Positions 1-12,737 of a DNA stretch of 64,000 bases are shown in pieces (the stretch's first letter is position 1; each line of letters starts with the position of its first letter). Position numbers and translations under genes: made by a program. The notes beneath the pieces are model-generated. The model saw nothing but the letters and a program-made list of their open reading frames with translations. It was not told where the DNA came from and searched no databases. The stretch comes from Malacoraja senta (Eukaryota), in the NCBI GenBank assembly GCA_038087875.1, contig CM075989.1, positions 4,092,001 through 4,156,000 on the forward strand, written 5' to 3'.

Positions 1-253
1 ATAATTAGTCCAGTAAGTGAGGGCATAAGAGTTCAGCTTGCACCCACCACAGGATGTAAGCCATTCACAATCGGTCTGTGCCAAGCTTGAATCATTTTTC
101 ATTCTGAATTCCAGACGTTGGGCCAAATGAGCGATCTCGGAGCTTCCATTTTTACCGTTTATGTTGCAGGAAAACCACACACCATTGTGGGTGAACTGTG
201 CTGTTACTTTCCCGAAGTTGTCTTTTGTAGTCCAAAGATCTCTTGTTCTGTAC

Positions 254-318
254 TTATTTTCTTTTGTTAAGGGAACCATTTGTTTTTTCAATGATTTGGT
301 AAATATCTAATGCCTCTC
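254..318 (-). CDS. POLG: POLG terminal coding exon (human exon 23 equivalent)
   Basis: Acceptor tttttctcccgcag|GA, then EALDIYQIIEKTNGSLNKRK* (TAA at 256-254). Matches the human C-terminus EALDIYQIIELTKGSL; phase fits exon 22. Confidence 0.95.
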
Positions 319-908
319 CTGCGGGAGAAAAACCCCATAAATTATACAAAGTATGTAAAATGTGGAAAATGAAGTTATTTAATCTTGACTTGTTCTTTTC
401 CAAATTACTGAGTAGCCTTTAAATGAACGTGTCTAGATGTGGATAAAGTAGATTTGTGCTCATCAATTGTCATTCATTTGACAGCACACTGAATGGTTTT
501 GTGAAGCAATCTAATAATTTTTTTAAAGTATAAGTTTGCTACTCAAGCCCAAGGAAAACAAAGATATTTCCTGTGCTAACGGCACCGCTATATTCTGTGG
601 ACATAGTTCCACACAAGTTTGGGTTTCGTTTATTGTCATGTGTACTGAGGTACAATGAAAAGCTTTGGTTACGTGCTAACCAGTCAGAGGAAATAAATAT
701 ACATGATTACAATCAATCCATCCATTGTGTACAGATATACGATAAAGGAAATAACGTGAATAACATTTAGTGCAAGATAAAACCAGTAAAGTCTGATCAA
801 AGATAGTCATTTAAGAAGGAACTGCAGATGCTGGAAAATCAAAGATAAACAAAAGTGCTGGAGAAACTCAGCGGGTGCAGCAGCATCTATGGAGCGAAGG
901 AAATAGGT

Positions 909-936
909 AACGTTTCGGGCCGAAACCCTTCTTCAG
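909..936 (-). ncRNA. Hammerhead ribozyme core (PLE type) in POLG last intron, sense orientation
   Basis: Minus strand reads CUGAAGA-A-GGGU(UUCG)GCCC-GAAA-C-GUU. It lies in insert 809-935, flanked by a 14-bp duplication GATCAAAGATAGTC (795-808, 936-949). Confidence 0.65.
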
Positions 937-3722
937 ATCAAAGATAGTCTACGGGTCTCCAATGAGGTAGAAAGTAGTTCGGGACTGCTCTAGTTGTTGG
1001 TATTAGCAACCCATTTCCCTCAACCGGCTGTCTTGCTTCCAACATGGACTGGCTTTGTATATGGAAGGATGGGATTCATTCTGACATACGCACCCCTATT
1101 AGGCGAAGAGCCTTTGGACACACAGGCATTGATAACCCTGACTGCTGCTTCTATTGTTGGCAGCGAGAGGTGAAATACAGCAACACTTAACACAGTGAAT
1201 ACTCGAGACCTTCAACTGATGAAGTGAGTGGGCAAAGGACAAGGGGCATCCTTGCTGAGTTATTCTGTGCAATTTCTGTGCAAAATAAAATCACCCAACA
1301 GTAATCAGCAACAATCTTGTTTGATAATGCGTTCTCTATCTCAGATTCCCTCTGCAGCACTCCAGTTTTAAATGCTTTAAGATGTAATCACCCATTACAA
1401 AAAACTATCCATCCTGGGGAACCAGGGGGGGGGGGGGGTTACGATTGGACTTGGATATAGTCTGTACCAATCTACTGCTCGAGAGGTTGACAAAAATCCT
1501 GACAAAATCTGAGCTTGCTGGGTGGCATTGCTAAATGGGCCATTTGCCAGGACTCCGAACTTTATACGATTCTTTTTTTTTTTTTGCACAGATGGTGCCA
1601 AAAAACACAGATGTATATTTTGCAAGGTTCAAATGATAATGACTAAAGTGCTGCCACTTAATCTTTTAAAGCAAAGAGTAAAAGCTGCTAATTAATTAAC
1701 ATCTGGTACTGCACAGCTCTCACAAGCCCCTCTGTCAATTATGTTGTACATTGTAGACCAGAGGAACTGCAGGCCTCGCACCAGCGAGCCCATTTGTTTG
1801 TTTAGTCTGTGGATGTGCATCATATTCAACCAAGAGTTGAAGGGATGAAAGTATTCAATTTAAATACTCAAATTAGCTAAATATATTTAGAGTAAAATGT
1901 TGCTGAGTTAGTTCAACCATAGAAATATATATATATTTTTTTAAGACTTCAGTCTATAGGTCATTTCCATGTTCTTAATTGTTTTATTCCTCCCATTTGT
2001 CACTGAGATTTTCTCTTCAGAGAAGTACAGTTGTCTCCCTCCTTCATGATCACCTTCCAATGATAACTTATCCACGTCACAATTAGCCATTCATTGGCAC
2101 AAAATGGCCCTTTCATGTCTTGCGTTTCTAAATTTGTATCATGGCTTTGCCTCCCCCCTGCCACATTGCAAGATTTGGACCTTTTCAGGCAGTGAATGTC
2201 TGATCCATTCTGTCAACTGCGTTTTTACATTCCTGTGTTTTTACATTCAGGTATATTTCTTCACGAAAACTTTAATGTCCCAGGATTAATAAACATTAAA
2301 ACAAAGCGGCTTTTCGGCCCCTTGCACCGGCTCTGCCGTTCAACATAATTGTGGCTGTTCTTCTACTTCAATGCCATTTTACTTCAATATATTATGAACA
2401 AACAATCTGTCTTTGATCTACTCAGCAACAGCCCTCTTGGGAGGAGAATTATAAAGATCGATTACCTCTCGGTGAAAAAAAATCTTATTGCAGCCCTGAA
2501 TAGTCAATTGGTTATTTTAAGATCACGATCCTAGATTCTAACCATCCCAGCCAGGAAAATATTGGATATAAATAGTCGAGGACAGAATGCTGTCTGCGTC
2601 AATTTGCCACATTATCTTCCACCAAGATGCAAGAATTATTGGATTTGTTAAGACCATTAAACCAGAAATAATAGCAATTCCACAATAAACTACCACCATG
2701 GCCGGTAAGTGCCAGAAAATGGGGTTCTCTCACATAAACACCCAACTCCTGACTACAAACTCTGCTGCTTGAGTCCAGCAGACTACAAGCTAGTTAGATT
2801 CCCAGTGCTTAGGGAAAAGAATGGGATATTCACCTTATCCATGGTGATTCACCTTACAGCCCAGTGGTATGAATATTGATTTCTCTAACTTCAAGTAACC
2901 TCTCTCTCTATCCCTCCCCCACCCAAGTTGCACCAGCTTCTTGTTTTCACCCAACATACAGCTAACAATGGCCTGTTTCCTTTATCATCGTTACTTTTTT
3001 AAACATTTCATTCTTTATCTCTGTACATCGTCTATATCTCTCGTTTCCCTATATCTCTCGTTTCACTAGTCTGAAGAAAGGGTCTCGACCCAAAACGTCA
3101 CCATTCCCTCGCTCCAGAAATGCCGCCTGACCCGCTGAGTTACTCCAGCTTTTTGTGTCCCCCTTGTGATTTACCTCTATAAAGGTTCCCCCTCCCACAG
3201 ACCAGCCTTATATCCAACCTTCCAGACCCAGTAACATCCTCATAAATTGAAAAAATACATTATTAAGAAGTTTTTAAAATTAGTCCCATGGAGACAATGT
3301 TGGTAAACACAAACAAACAAGCATACCCTCTGATTCGTTTTACTGAGCCAGGAACATGCTGCACCAAGTGTTATTGGGTGTTCACAGCTGTTAAAATGGA
3401 CATTTTCAGATTTAAAAAAAAAATAAACTTAGAAATAGCAATACTCCACACTCGGCTTAGTTTAACTTGGAAAATGTCTCCTCAAGCATAAGTAGCAACA
3501 ATATATCCCACTCAATGAAACGAAAAGCATCCAAATACCAATTAAAAACTGATCGTATTAAGTTAGATTAATATATTGAGTTTGATACCAGCATTCCTCT
3601 CTGCCTTCCTGAACATTTACCTTCCAACTTTCTGGCATCCATTCATTCTCATCTCAAGCCATTTGTTCAGTTAAAAGTGATTTATATTTTGTCGCATTAC
3701 ACAACTCACACTGTCAACCTCG

Positions 3723-4025
3723 CAGCATGGTGGCGCAGTGGTAGAGTTGCTGCCTTATGGTGTCAGAGACCCGGGTTGGATCCTAACTACAGGTGCTGTC
3801 TGTACGGAATTTGTACGTTCTCCCCGTGACCTGCATGCGTTTTCACCGGTGCTCCAGTTTCGTCCCACACTCGAAAGACGTCCAGGTTTGTAGGTTAATT
3901 AGCATTAGTAAAATTGTAAATTGTCCCTTGTTTGTTGGATAGTGCGAGTGTACGAGGTGATCGCTGGTCGGCACGGACTCGGTGGGCCGAAGGGACTGTT
4001 TCCGCGCTGCATCTCTAAACTAAAC
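3723..4025 (+). mobile_element. HE1-like tRNA-derived SINE (representative copy)
   Basis: A-box TGGCGCAGTGG, degenerate B-box GGTTGGATCC, (CTAAA)n tail. Other copies near 8755, 12270, 20560, 26570(-), 31250, 36545(-), 41310, 42440, 46955(-), 52985(-), 56270 and 60340. Confidence 0.88.
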
Positions 4026-4029
4026 TCAC

Positions 4030-4190
4030 CTGGTGGGATCCCATAACGTGTCTGCAGCCCGGCAGTATTAGATGGAGTCTGGCAATCCATCATCACTTCT
4101 TTCCTCAGGCAATGATCGATGTCCACCGTGCTAAAGAATGCCACGGACTGTGGCAGGTCCTGCATCTCAAGCTTGTGGGCAAACATGCAG
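4030..4190 (-). CDS. POLG: POLG exon 22
   Basis: [41 protein letters not shown]...YGIPP. Acceptor ttccag, donor gtgagt, 161 nt. Confidence 0.97.
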
Positions 4191-5385
4191 CTGGAAATTT
4201 GGAAAATTGTGATTCACTATTAGTACGGGTCACTTTACAATATTCCATTAAATACATATTAGAGCGTTTTAAAATTTCTTCTTGTCAAACATTAAAATGA
4301 TTTTATCTGCCTAAACCTCCCACTTGTTTTCCTGGCTTGATGGTGCTAATTCTTGAAATACCTTTAAATGGAAACAAAGCATTCTCTGATTATTATTCAT
4401 ATTCAGTATAAAAAGTAATAGCAACAGAAGGTAACAGAGGGGTAATTCCCAATAATCCGTTGCAATTTGCACATTCTTGGATTTATGCATGTGGTTGGGA
4501 GAGGCATTTAAAACACAAAAATAGACATGTGTTGCTCAGCTCAACACTGGCGCTCTCTATCCCTCCCAAGTCGTACCAGCTTCAAAGTCGTCTTGTTGAG
4601 TCTCATTGTAACTCGTTTTCACCTGGCCCACAGCCAACAATGGCCTGTTTCCTTTATCATCATTACTTTTTTGCCTATCTTTCATTCATTTGTTCTATAT
4701 TACCATCCATCTCTCTCGTTTCCCCTGACTCAGCCTGAAGAAGGGTATCGACCCGAAACGCCACCTATTCCTTTTCTCAGAGATGCTGTCTGACCCACTG
4801 AGTTACACCAGCTTTTTGTGTCTACCTTCGGTTGAAACCAGCATCCGCAGTTCCTTCCTACACAACACTGGAGTTGTTTGTGAAATAATCATCAAAGACA
4901 CCACCCTGGTCACGCTTCCATTTCTCTCCGACCATCAGCAAGAAAGTATAGGAGTCTGAAAACCACGACCACTAGATTCAAGAACAGCTTCTTCCCAACA
5001 AGAAGAGTTTTGACCCAAAACGTCACCTATTCCTTTTCTCCAGAGATGCTGCCTGACCCGCTGAGTTACTTCAGCATTTTGTGTCTATCTTCCCGATAAC
5101 CATCAGGCTCTTGAGCACGATACTAACCTTAATTATGAACTGTGTTTGATACTTCAGGGCTTTTTTTGCACATGTATTGTGGTTATTAATTTATTGAACT
5201 TTTTCAATTATATATTTGCGTATATTGCGTGTACAGGTCCTGTTATGCTGCTGCAAGTAAGACTGTTATTGTGTTGTAGCTACGTGGTAGGTGCATACAG
5301 GTGAGGGGGAGGGGTGTTTGCTTGGTAAAGTGACAGACTAAACACTTGACTTTCTAAAAGTGAAAGTAACAACAAAAGCTCATAC

Positions 5386-5594
5386 CGTGTGAGGAGGTTA
5401 GTAATCTGCAATGCCAGTGCAGCTCGATATCTGTCCTCACTATTCACTAAGTAACGGACCTCATCGTGAATACTGATGCTGAATCTGCCATCAATGTTGA
5501 ATTCCTCAAGGAGCCACTTCATGGACACCAACATCAGATGTAGGTAATCAACAGCTGAACTCTGCACCACCCAATTCACACGGCTGGTCATGAA
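5386..5594 (-). CDS. POLG: POLG exon 21 (polymerase motif [10 protein letters not shown])
   Basis: [23 protein letters not shown]...[11 protein letters not shown]...ITNLLTR. Acceptor ccacag, donor gtatga, 209 nt. Confidence 0.98.
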
Positions 5595-6721
5595 CTGTGG
5601 AGAGGAAGGAAGGTTCAATGTTAAAGTGGTCAGAACTAATTCCAAATGTACGCCATGAGCATGAATTAGATTACTTTGGCTTTATCTAATTCTCTAGTCA
5701 GCCAGAGTAAAAATAATTGGATACGGTGATGATGCTGCCAAGAGAGATTTCATTTACAATTTATATGTAATTATCGCCTATTAGGAACACTAGAACAGGA
5801 ATGCATTTTCCAAGTTTGACATGCCTTGTGCGCAAGGTCAATATCCCCCTACACCACACCACATCTGTATGAGTTGTCACAGTTATGGGTAGTCCAAGGT
5901 ACCCACAAGTATCACGCTGAACTGCCGGCCTCAATGGCAGGAATTGGTCTTGATCTTGATTGAGGTTTTGTTCAGTACTACGGGAGTCATTAGTTCTTTC
6001 ATTAGTCAAACTTCAAAACCTCTGAAGAAGGGTCTCAACTCAAAACGTCACCCACTCCTCTCCAGAGATGCCGCCTGTCCTGCTGAGTTACTCCAGCATT
6101 TTGTGTCTATCTTCGGTTTAAACCAGCATCTGCAGTGCCTTCCTACTCATTAGTTCTTTTATTATTTGTCCCTTTTTTTTGCGCTTTTTGATTGGTCTTA
6201 CTAAAAAGGTCATGGCCCAATTTGTGAGTACGGTTTGCTATCAGATTGCACATCATTGTTTACCTTTCATTATCGGATGTGGTTACGTTGCAGACCCGAC
6301 TGACATTAGATGTTGGTGTGTGGTTGGTGGGCCGTAACCAACCATTTTGCAGCATCCATTCCCATAAGGCTGCTGTTCACTTTTCAGGTGGGACCCCTCT
6401 TCAGACTATCTGAAGAAGTGTCCCGACCCAAAACGTCACCCATCCTTTTTCTCCAGAGATGCTGCCTGACCCGTTGAGTTACTGCAGTACTTTGGGTCTG
6501 TTCCCTGGGAAGCGCCAAGTCTATAACACACAGCATCATCAAGGATGCAAGGAATAGGAGACAGGAAGCCGGGATGGTAATATTAAGGTGATTCCTTATT
6601 TGGGTTTTAAAGAATGGAGAATGGGAGCAGTTAAATACAAAAATAATATTTCTGCTTATTCTCAAGATTTCACCATCGTCACCTCTAGGAATGTAAACCA
6701 GATGAAAAAGGTCAGCCATAC

Positions 6722-6890
6722 CTCATGTCCAACTGCACCTGGCTCGAGAGCTCTGCTAATGCAGCAGTCCAGTACAGGGGTGCGGGGACGGGGTGACGTA
6801 GCGATACATTCCAGTTTGTTGAACATTTCGGACTCTGTACCTCCATCCCAGACACGCTGCTTCACAACGTTCCATTTAGCACCATTGGAC
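6722..6890 (-). CDS. POLG: POLG exon 20
   Basis: [56 protein letters not shown]. Acceptor gtgtag, donor gtatgg, 169 nt. Confidence 0.97.
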
Positions 6891-7703
6891 CTACACAGTT
6901 AGAGTTTTAAAAATCATCTTTTAGAACCGTTCAACAGTTAAAACAATTTTTCCATATAAATTCATGAGTTTGAGGAGCAGAATAAGGCCATTCGGCCCTT
7001 CAAGTCTACTCTGCCATTCAATCAAACGGCCTGTTTCCGTTCTGTATGACGGATGCATTAATCAACTGTGTGTGGTTATAGACCAAATCACTAGTCCCCT
7101 CAGCCTTTCCTATCCATGTACGACCTTTGATCGGACTTTACTGCTTTTATCTTGCACTAAACGTTATTCCCTTTATCATGTATTTGCACACTGAATGGCT
7201 CCATTGTAATCATGCATTGTCTTTCCGCTGACTGGTTAGCACGCAACGAAAGCTTTTCACTGTACACATGACAATAAAATAAACTCAAGTAAACTAAAAA
7301 AGGCCAAACCTAAGATCAGCAAATTTGGCTTTGAACAGCAACAGGCACTCATAACCTGACAGTATTGAAACCTCAAGTCACAGTAAAACACAAAGTGCTA
7401 CAGTAACTGCAGAGGGTCAGGCAGCATCTGTGGAAGGAATTGACAGATGGTGTTTCAGGTTGTACAGATCTCCATCCCACCATTCAATGGTGGCTACCTG
7501 CTGACTCGGGTTATGTTCCCTCCAGTCACAGCCTTTACAGCTATAGAACCAAGCTCAGAGCTAAAGGCCATCTCACAATCCTCCAACTCTATCAAGTCAG
7601 AAAACCGTGGACTCAAGTGCCACTCCACAATCTGAGTACAAGTACGAATATTTCGGTACGTTACCGAGTGAGGTGCTGCTTCTGGACGAAATGTGAAGGA
7701 AGG

Positions 7704-7911
7704 AACTGCAGATGCTGGTTTACACCGTAGACACAAAATGCTGGAGTAACTCAGCGGGACAGGCAGCTTCTCTGGCGAGAAGGAATGGGTGGCATTCTTC
7801 AGACTCAGACCCGAAACGTCACCCATTCCTTCTCTCCAGAGATGCTGCCTGTCCCGCTGAGTTACTCCAGCATTTAGTGTCTACCTTCGATTTAAACCAG
7901 CATCTGCAGTT
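7704..7911. repeat. Second fold-back pLTR pair in POLG intron 19
   Basis: aactgcagatgctggttta (7704) ... taaaccagcatctgcagtt (7911), with complementary internal arms. Confidence 0.9.
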
Positions 7912-8519
7912 TATGTCAATCTTCAGACAAAACGTTATGGTTTGGGCACTTTGAGAATATTTTGAATCCATTTTGTTTGGGATGGTATCACCACTCAGGC
8001 TTTGCTGGACCCAAGCTCATTTGAAGATGTAGCAGGGATTCCAGCACACTCCTGACTTGCGCCTTGCAGATGGAAAGGCTTTCATTGTCAGGGGGGAAGT
8101 CATTCACTGAAGCATCCTCAGCTGCTAACCTGCTCTTGTAAGCAAGTGTGTTATTGATCTCAGTCACTGTAGGGACTGCCTTGCTGGCTCAATGTTTGGA
8201 CTTTAATTGGAATTTCAATTCCTGCTGCAAAGCTGGATAATCCTTGCTTGTGGCTTCATCATCATTGTCTTCTGTTGGAGAGCAAATAAAGGGCATAGAT
8301 GAATCCTAGAAGCAGCACTTCCCTGTCGTTGATCAATACACTACTGTCAATCAGGCTACAGTGCCTTCTGCAAATCTATTGAAAGTCATCATCTACTGAA
8401 AGGTTCAAATGGCATCGACTGAATTCATTAGAAATGTTGTAGACAGCTTGTAAAATGTATTCATCTCGAGTTATTTTACCTTGTTACATGGGTGAGGAAT
8501 TTCACAAAAGCACACTGAC

Positions 8520-8642
8520 CTTTTTGCAGCCTCCCGTTGGATTTTCTTGGCATCAGCGGCAGAGACGGTTCCGTTTTCCGCCCTCTCCACAGAGACCCCC
8601 ATTTCCCTCACCAGCCACTCCCCATCTTCTGAGAGCACACAC
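8520..8642 (-). CDS. POLG: POLG exon 19 (not in ORF track)
   Basis: Manual translation gives CVLSEDGEWLVREMGVSVERAENGTVSAADAKKIQREAAK (human [20 protein letters not shown]...). Acceptor aactag, donor gtcagt, 123 nt, phase 2/2. Confidence 0.93.
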
Positions 8643-9060
8643 CTAGTTCAAGTCAAAACCACGGATCAACTCCGGCTCCATCACTTCCGTTTATACTTTC
8701 AAAAAATTACAGTAGGAAGTAACAAAATCACAATAACTCCTTGGCCAGGGCGAAAACAGTGGTGCAGCAGGGTAGTGCTGCTGCCTGCCTCACGGAGGCA
8801 GAGACCCAGGTTCAATCCTGACTCAGGTGCTGTCTGAACAAAATTTGAACATCCCCCCCTGTGTTTCTTCCGGGTGCTCCAGTTACCTCCCACGTCCCAG
8901 AGATGTGTGGGTTTGTAGGTTTCTGCAAATTACCCCTCGTGTGTAGGGAGTTGATGAGAATGATATAGAATTCTAGTGTGCACGGGTGATTGATGATCGG
9001 GGTAGACTTACTTGGTGGTCAAAGGACCTGATTTCATGCTATAATCCAATCAATCAATTA

Positions 9061-9738
9061 AGGGCCTGTCCCACTTACGTGTCCATGGCACGCAAATTAC
9101 GCGACCTTGTGGTCGCGTTGAGGCGCATGGGCATCGTATGGCCACGCGGGGCTGGTCCAACTGAGAAGCGCGGAGGGGGTATGTAGTTGTGCGCGACATC
9201 GCGCGGGGCTCCGAAATTTTTGTAGCGAACGAAATCTTCGCGGAACTGTCGGCCAAAGTGGGTCAGGCCCAAGACCCTGGCGCAACGCAACGTCTCACCC
9301 CCAACTGCAGCAGAAGCAGCAAACGAACGCCGAACTCGGCCTGGGGCTCACGGCTGTTGCGGATCCGGATCCGCCCCCACTTCTACTCCCAGAGCGGGGC
9401 CAAGAAAATTGAAGATAGACACAAAATGCTGGAGTAACTCAGCGGGACCGGCAGCATCTCTGGAGAAAAGCAAGGGATGACGTTTCGGGTCAAGACCCTT
9501 CTTTTCAGACTGAAGAAGAGTCTCGACACGAAACGTCACCCATTGCTTCTCTCCAGAGATGATGCCAGTCCCGCTGAGTTACTCCAGCTTTGTGTCCGTC
9601 TTCAAATGACTTCACGCGCTCCAGACGGCTGTGCGTACGCATGAAATCGCGCGCGACCTTCGCGGGACCGTCGCGGCTCAACGCGACCATGAGGTTGCGT
9701 AATTTGTGTGCCAATGACACGTAAGTGGGACAGGCCCT
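9061..9738. mobile_element. PIF/Harbinger-type MITE
   Basis: 23-bp perfect TIR AGGGCCTGTCCCACTTACGTGTC; TTA target duplication on both sides; CpG-rich; hosts the 9409-9605 fold-back. Confidence 0.88.
9409..9605. repeat. Fold-back pair of Penelope pLTR/hammerhead fragments (arms about 100 bp)
   Basis: ttgaagatagacacaaaatgctggagtaactcagcggg... and its reverse complement, centred on cagactg (9506-9512). Confidence 0.9.
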
Positions 9739-10815
9739 TTAGGCTCTTCATTTTGGCTGTACCTTGAACTAGTCAGAGTCATAATCAGGCCCTTCAGCCC
9801 AATCTGCCCACACCAGCCAACGTTCCATCTTCACTAGTCCCACCTGCCTGCATTTAGCCCATACCCCTCTAAACCTGTCCTATCCATGTACCTGTCCAAA
9901 TGTTTCTTAAACGTTGCGATAATACCTGCCTCAACTACCTCCTCCGGTGCCTCATTCCATACACCCACCACCCTTTGAGTAGAAAAATTACCCCTCAGGT
10001 TCCTATAAAATTTATCCCCATCTCACCTTAAACCTATGTCGTCTGGACTTGATCATCTTTGCAGTTATTTGATCTTCCCCATCAGATTACTACTTGGGCT
10101 GAAAATTTCAGCAGACTTGTGGAAAATGAAGGCAACGTTAAGCGATTGCCTAAATTTTAAAATAAATATTTGAATTCTCAGATTGCAGAGTCTTTGTTAG
10201 CTGGCTATTGTGCTCATATGCTCTGAGGATACACCTCAGTGTGTATGAGGATCTGCATTGGAGGTCTGGACAAGCCATTGACATTGTTCATCTGGACCAG
10301 GACAGCATGTCCCAGATGCAGGATGGATTTAAACGTACAGGTCCCAGACGAGGATACACTATCATCTGATATAATCGTAGAGTCACAGTCATAGTGACAT
10401 ACTTGCATGGGAAACAAACCCTTCATCTCAACTAGCATACACCCACCAAGATGCCCCATTTCCACCAGCCTGCTTTTGGCCCATATTGATGAGAACCATG
10501 GCGTTAAGAACGTGGAGGGACGTGGTACATCGAGGTTAGTGTCCCTCGGGGCTGTGGTGGACGGGCAGCGTCGCGGAGATCACAGGGGACTTGGCATAGG
10601 AGGGCGGGGGGGGGGGGGGTGCCGAGAACAAGCGGGACCGGTGGAGGGGGAGAGGGGAGTAGCGAAGAAGAACAATATTTAAGAGTACTTTTGTAACTTT
10701 GGCGCTGCCTTGAATGTACCGTGTATGCGAAGACAAGGAATTTCACTGTACATTCAAGGTACATGTGAGAATAAAGTATCTCTGTCTGAGAGTAGGTGGC
10801 ACGTGTAGACCTGAC

Positions 10816-11062
10816 CTTCGTATGCCCTTCGTAGCCGCGTACAGCTGCCGCGCTTTCTCCTCCGTTTCCTGCGGTGTCAGCCGGTGGTTGAACTGCATGA
10901 GCAGCCGCTCGGCAAAGGGCTGCCCGGCACCATAGATACGGCCGTAATTGAAGATCTTGGCGTGTTCCCGGCTGATTCCCACCGTGGCTGCCGTCTTGCT
11001 GTGCAGGTCTGTACCATTGCTCTTCTTCCCCTGAAGAGTCATCCAGCCAAATGCCGTGCAGC
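10816..11062 (-). CDS. POLG: POLG exon 18 (polymerase motif [15 protein letters not shown])
   Basis: [61 protein letters not shown]. Acceptor ctttag, donor gtcagg, 247 nt. Confidence 0.98.
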
Positions 11063-11363
11063 CTAAAGGGAGAGATGGCCATCGTTTAGTTTAGAGATTA
11101 CAGCACAGAAAAGGCTCTTCAGTTCACTGAGTCTCCACTGACCATCGATCGCACATTCACACTAGTTTTGTTATCCCACTTTCTCACTCCCCATACACCA
11201 GGGCAATTTACAGAGGTCAATTAACCTTTGAACCCAAAGATAGACACAAAATGCTGGAGTAACTCAGCAGGTCAGGCAGCATCTCTGCAGAAAAAATGTA
11301 GGTGACGTTTCGGGTCAAGATCCTTCTTCCGACACAAACCTTCAAACCCACACATCTGTGGGA

Positions 11364-12230
11364 CTAGACTAAGTGGGACCCATTGGGTCACATGTTCACA
11401 CGGGGAGGGTTGGCAATATTCCACCTCTCCACCAATTCCAATATTGGTGGCCAGTGGAGGGGGGGCTTTCTGGAGCGCTAGTATGGTTGTTGTGGCCCGA
11501 AGGGACTGGTTTACAGCAGGGTAGTATGGACATTATGGGCCGAATGGATTCTTGGACTGGCAGCTCAGTCACTCAGGCCTGGTGGGCTGGCAGCTCAGTC
11601 ACTCAGGCCTGGTGGGCTGTCAGCTCAGTCACTCAGGCCTGGTGGGCTGGCAGCTCACAAACTCTGCCCAAAACAGGTGAGAGACTATGTGAGAGAGAAG
11701 GGGGAGAGGGTTAAGAATCAATTTAGACATTTTTCATTTTTTTCTGCAGATCACATCAATGAAAGAGAAAAGTCTATCCTGGCCTGGATCTCACAGGGAG
11801 CCAATGAAGGGAGGGAGAAAAATACTGGGGTGAGGTTTAATGCTTGCATGGGAAAACTTACTGATGGGCCGAAAGGACTCCCTGGGGTAGTACAGGCCTG
11901 ATGGGCCGAAGGGGCTCTTAGAAAAAAATCTGAGTGAAAGGCACTATTTCTGGACCTTTCCTGGCCTGGCATGGGCCTTTTGGGCCAAATCTCCTGGGCA
12001 AATACGGGCATTCTGGGCAAAAGGGACTGGTTTTCTTAGCTAATAGGGCCTTGTGGGCCAAAATTTGTGGTTTCAGACAGGCCAAACAACTCATTTCATT
12101 TCATTTTCATTTCAATTTTAAGCACAGTGCAGGCCAAACAACTCATTTCATTTCCATTTCAATTTCAAGCACAGTGCAGGCCAAACAACTCATTTCATTT
12201 CCATTTCCATTGCAGTTTCAACCACAGGGC
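11364..12230 (-). mobile_element. Non-autonomous Helitron-like element with internal minisatellites
   Basis: Minus-strand end: hairpin GACCC-AAT-GGGTC then ...TAGTCTAG|T. Internal 30-bp repeat (11556-11657) and about 50-bp repeat (12078-12225). Homologous to the element starting at 61738. 5-prime end uncertain. Confidence 0.65.
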
Positions 12231-12737
12231 AGTCCGTACAAGGGGCGACGCTGGAACAAACAGCACTGCACCACGAAGCTGGTAGAGCCACTGCCTCACA
12301 GCACCAGAGACCCGGGTTTGATCCCAAGTTCAGGTCATATCTGTGTGGAGTTTGCACGTTCTCCCTGTGACCGTAACCATACCACCAGTTTCCTCTGGGT
12401 GCTCCAGTTTCCTCCCACATCCAAATGACTTGCGGGTCCGTAGATTAACTGGCCGCTGTAAATTGCCAGTGGGGTGTAGGATCTAGATTCTAGGGGGTGA
12501 TGGGAATGTGGGGAGAATAAAACAGTATTAATAGGTGGTCAGCTCAAACGCGATGGGCTGAGGGGCCCGTTTCAGTGCTGTATCTCTTTCGAACAGCAAG
12601 CAACTTTCACACACTGGAAGGGTTGCCCTGCCCCATTATGTTGTTTGAACTAATCTTATAACTACAATTTTATACCTTCATTGAATTGTGAAGTAAAGCC
12701 AGTTTGCAATATGCATTTGGCCTTTCCCAATCAAGAA

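Noticed and set aside
1..253. FANCI 3-prime end (tail-to-tail with POLG in human)
   Set aside because: No recognisable FANCI coding sequence; treated as POLG 3-prime UTR.
3723..3800. SINE heads as additional tRNA genes
   Set aside because: A/B boxes are present but there is no cloverleaf, and they continue into the SINE body and tail.
7447..7635. Plus-strand ORF containing SELKA, as in POLG exon 17 (GSELKAMVQ)
   Set aside because: Wrong strand, wrong position and no flanking similarity; a chance 5-mer.
11556..12225. Regular direct repeats as a CRISPR-like array
   Set aside because: Head-to-tail minisatellites without unique spacers, inside a eukaryotic transposon.
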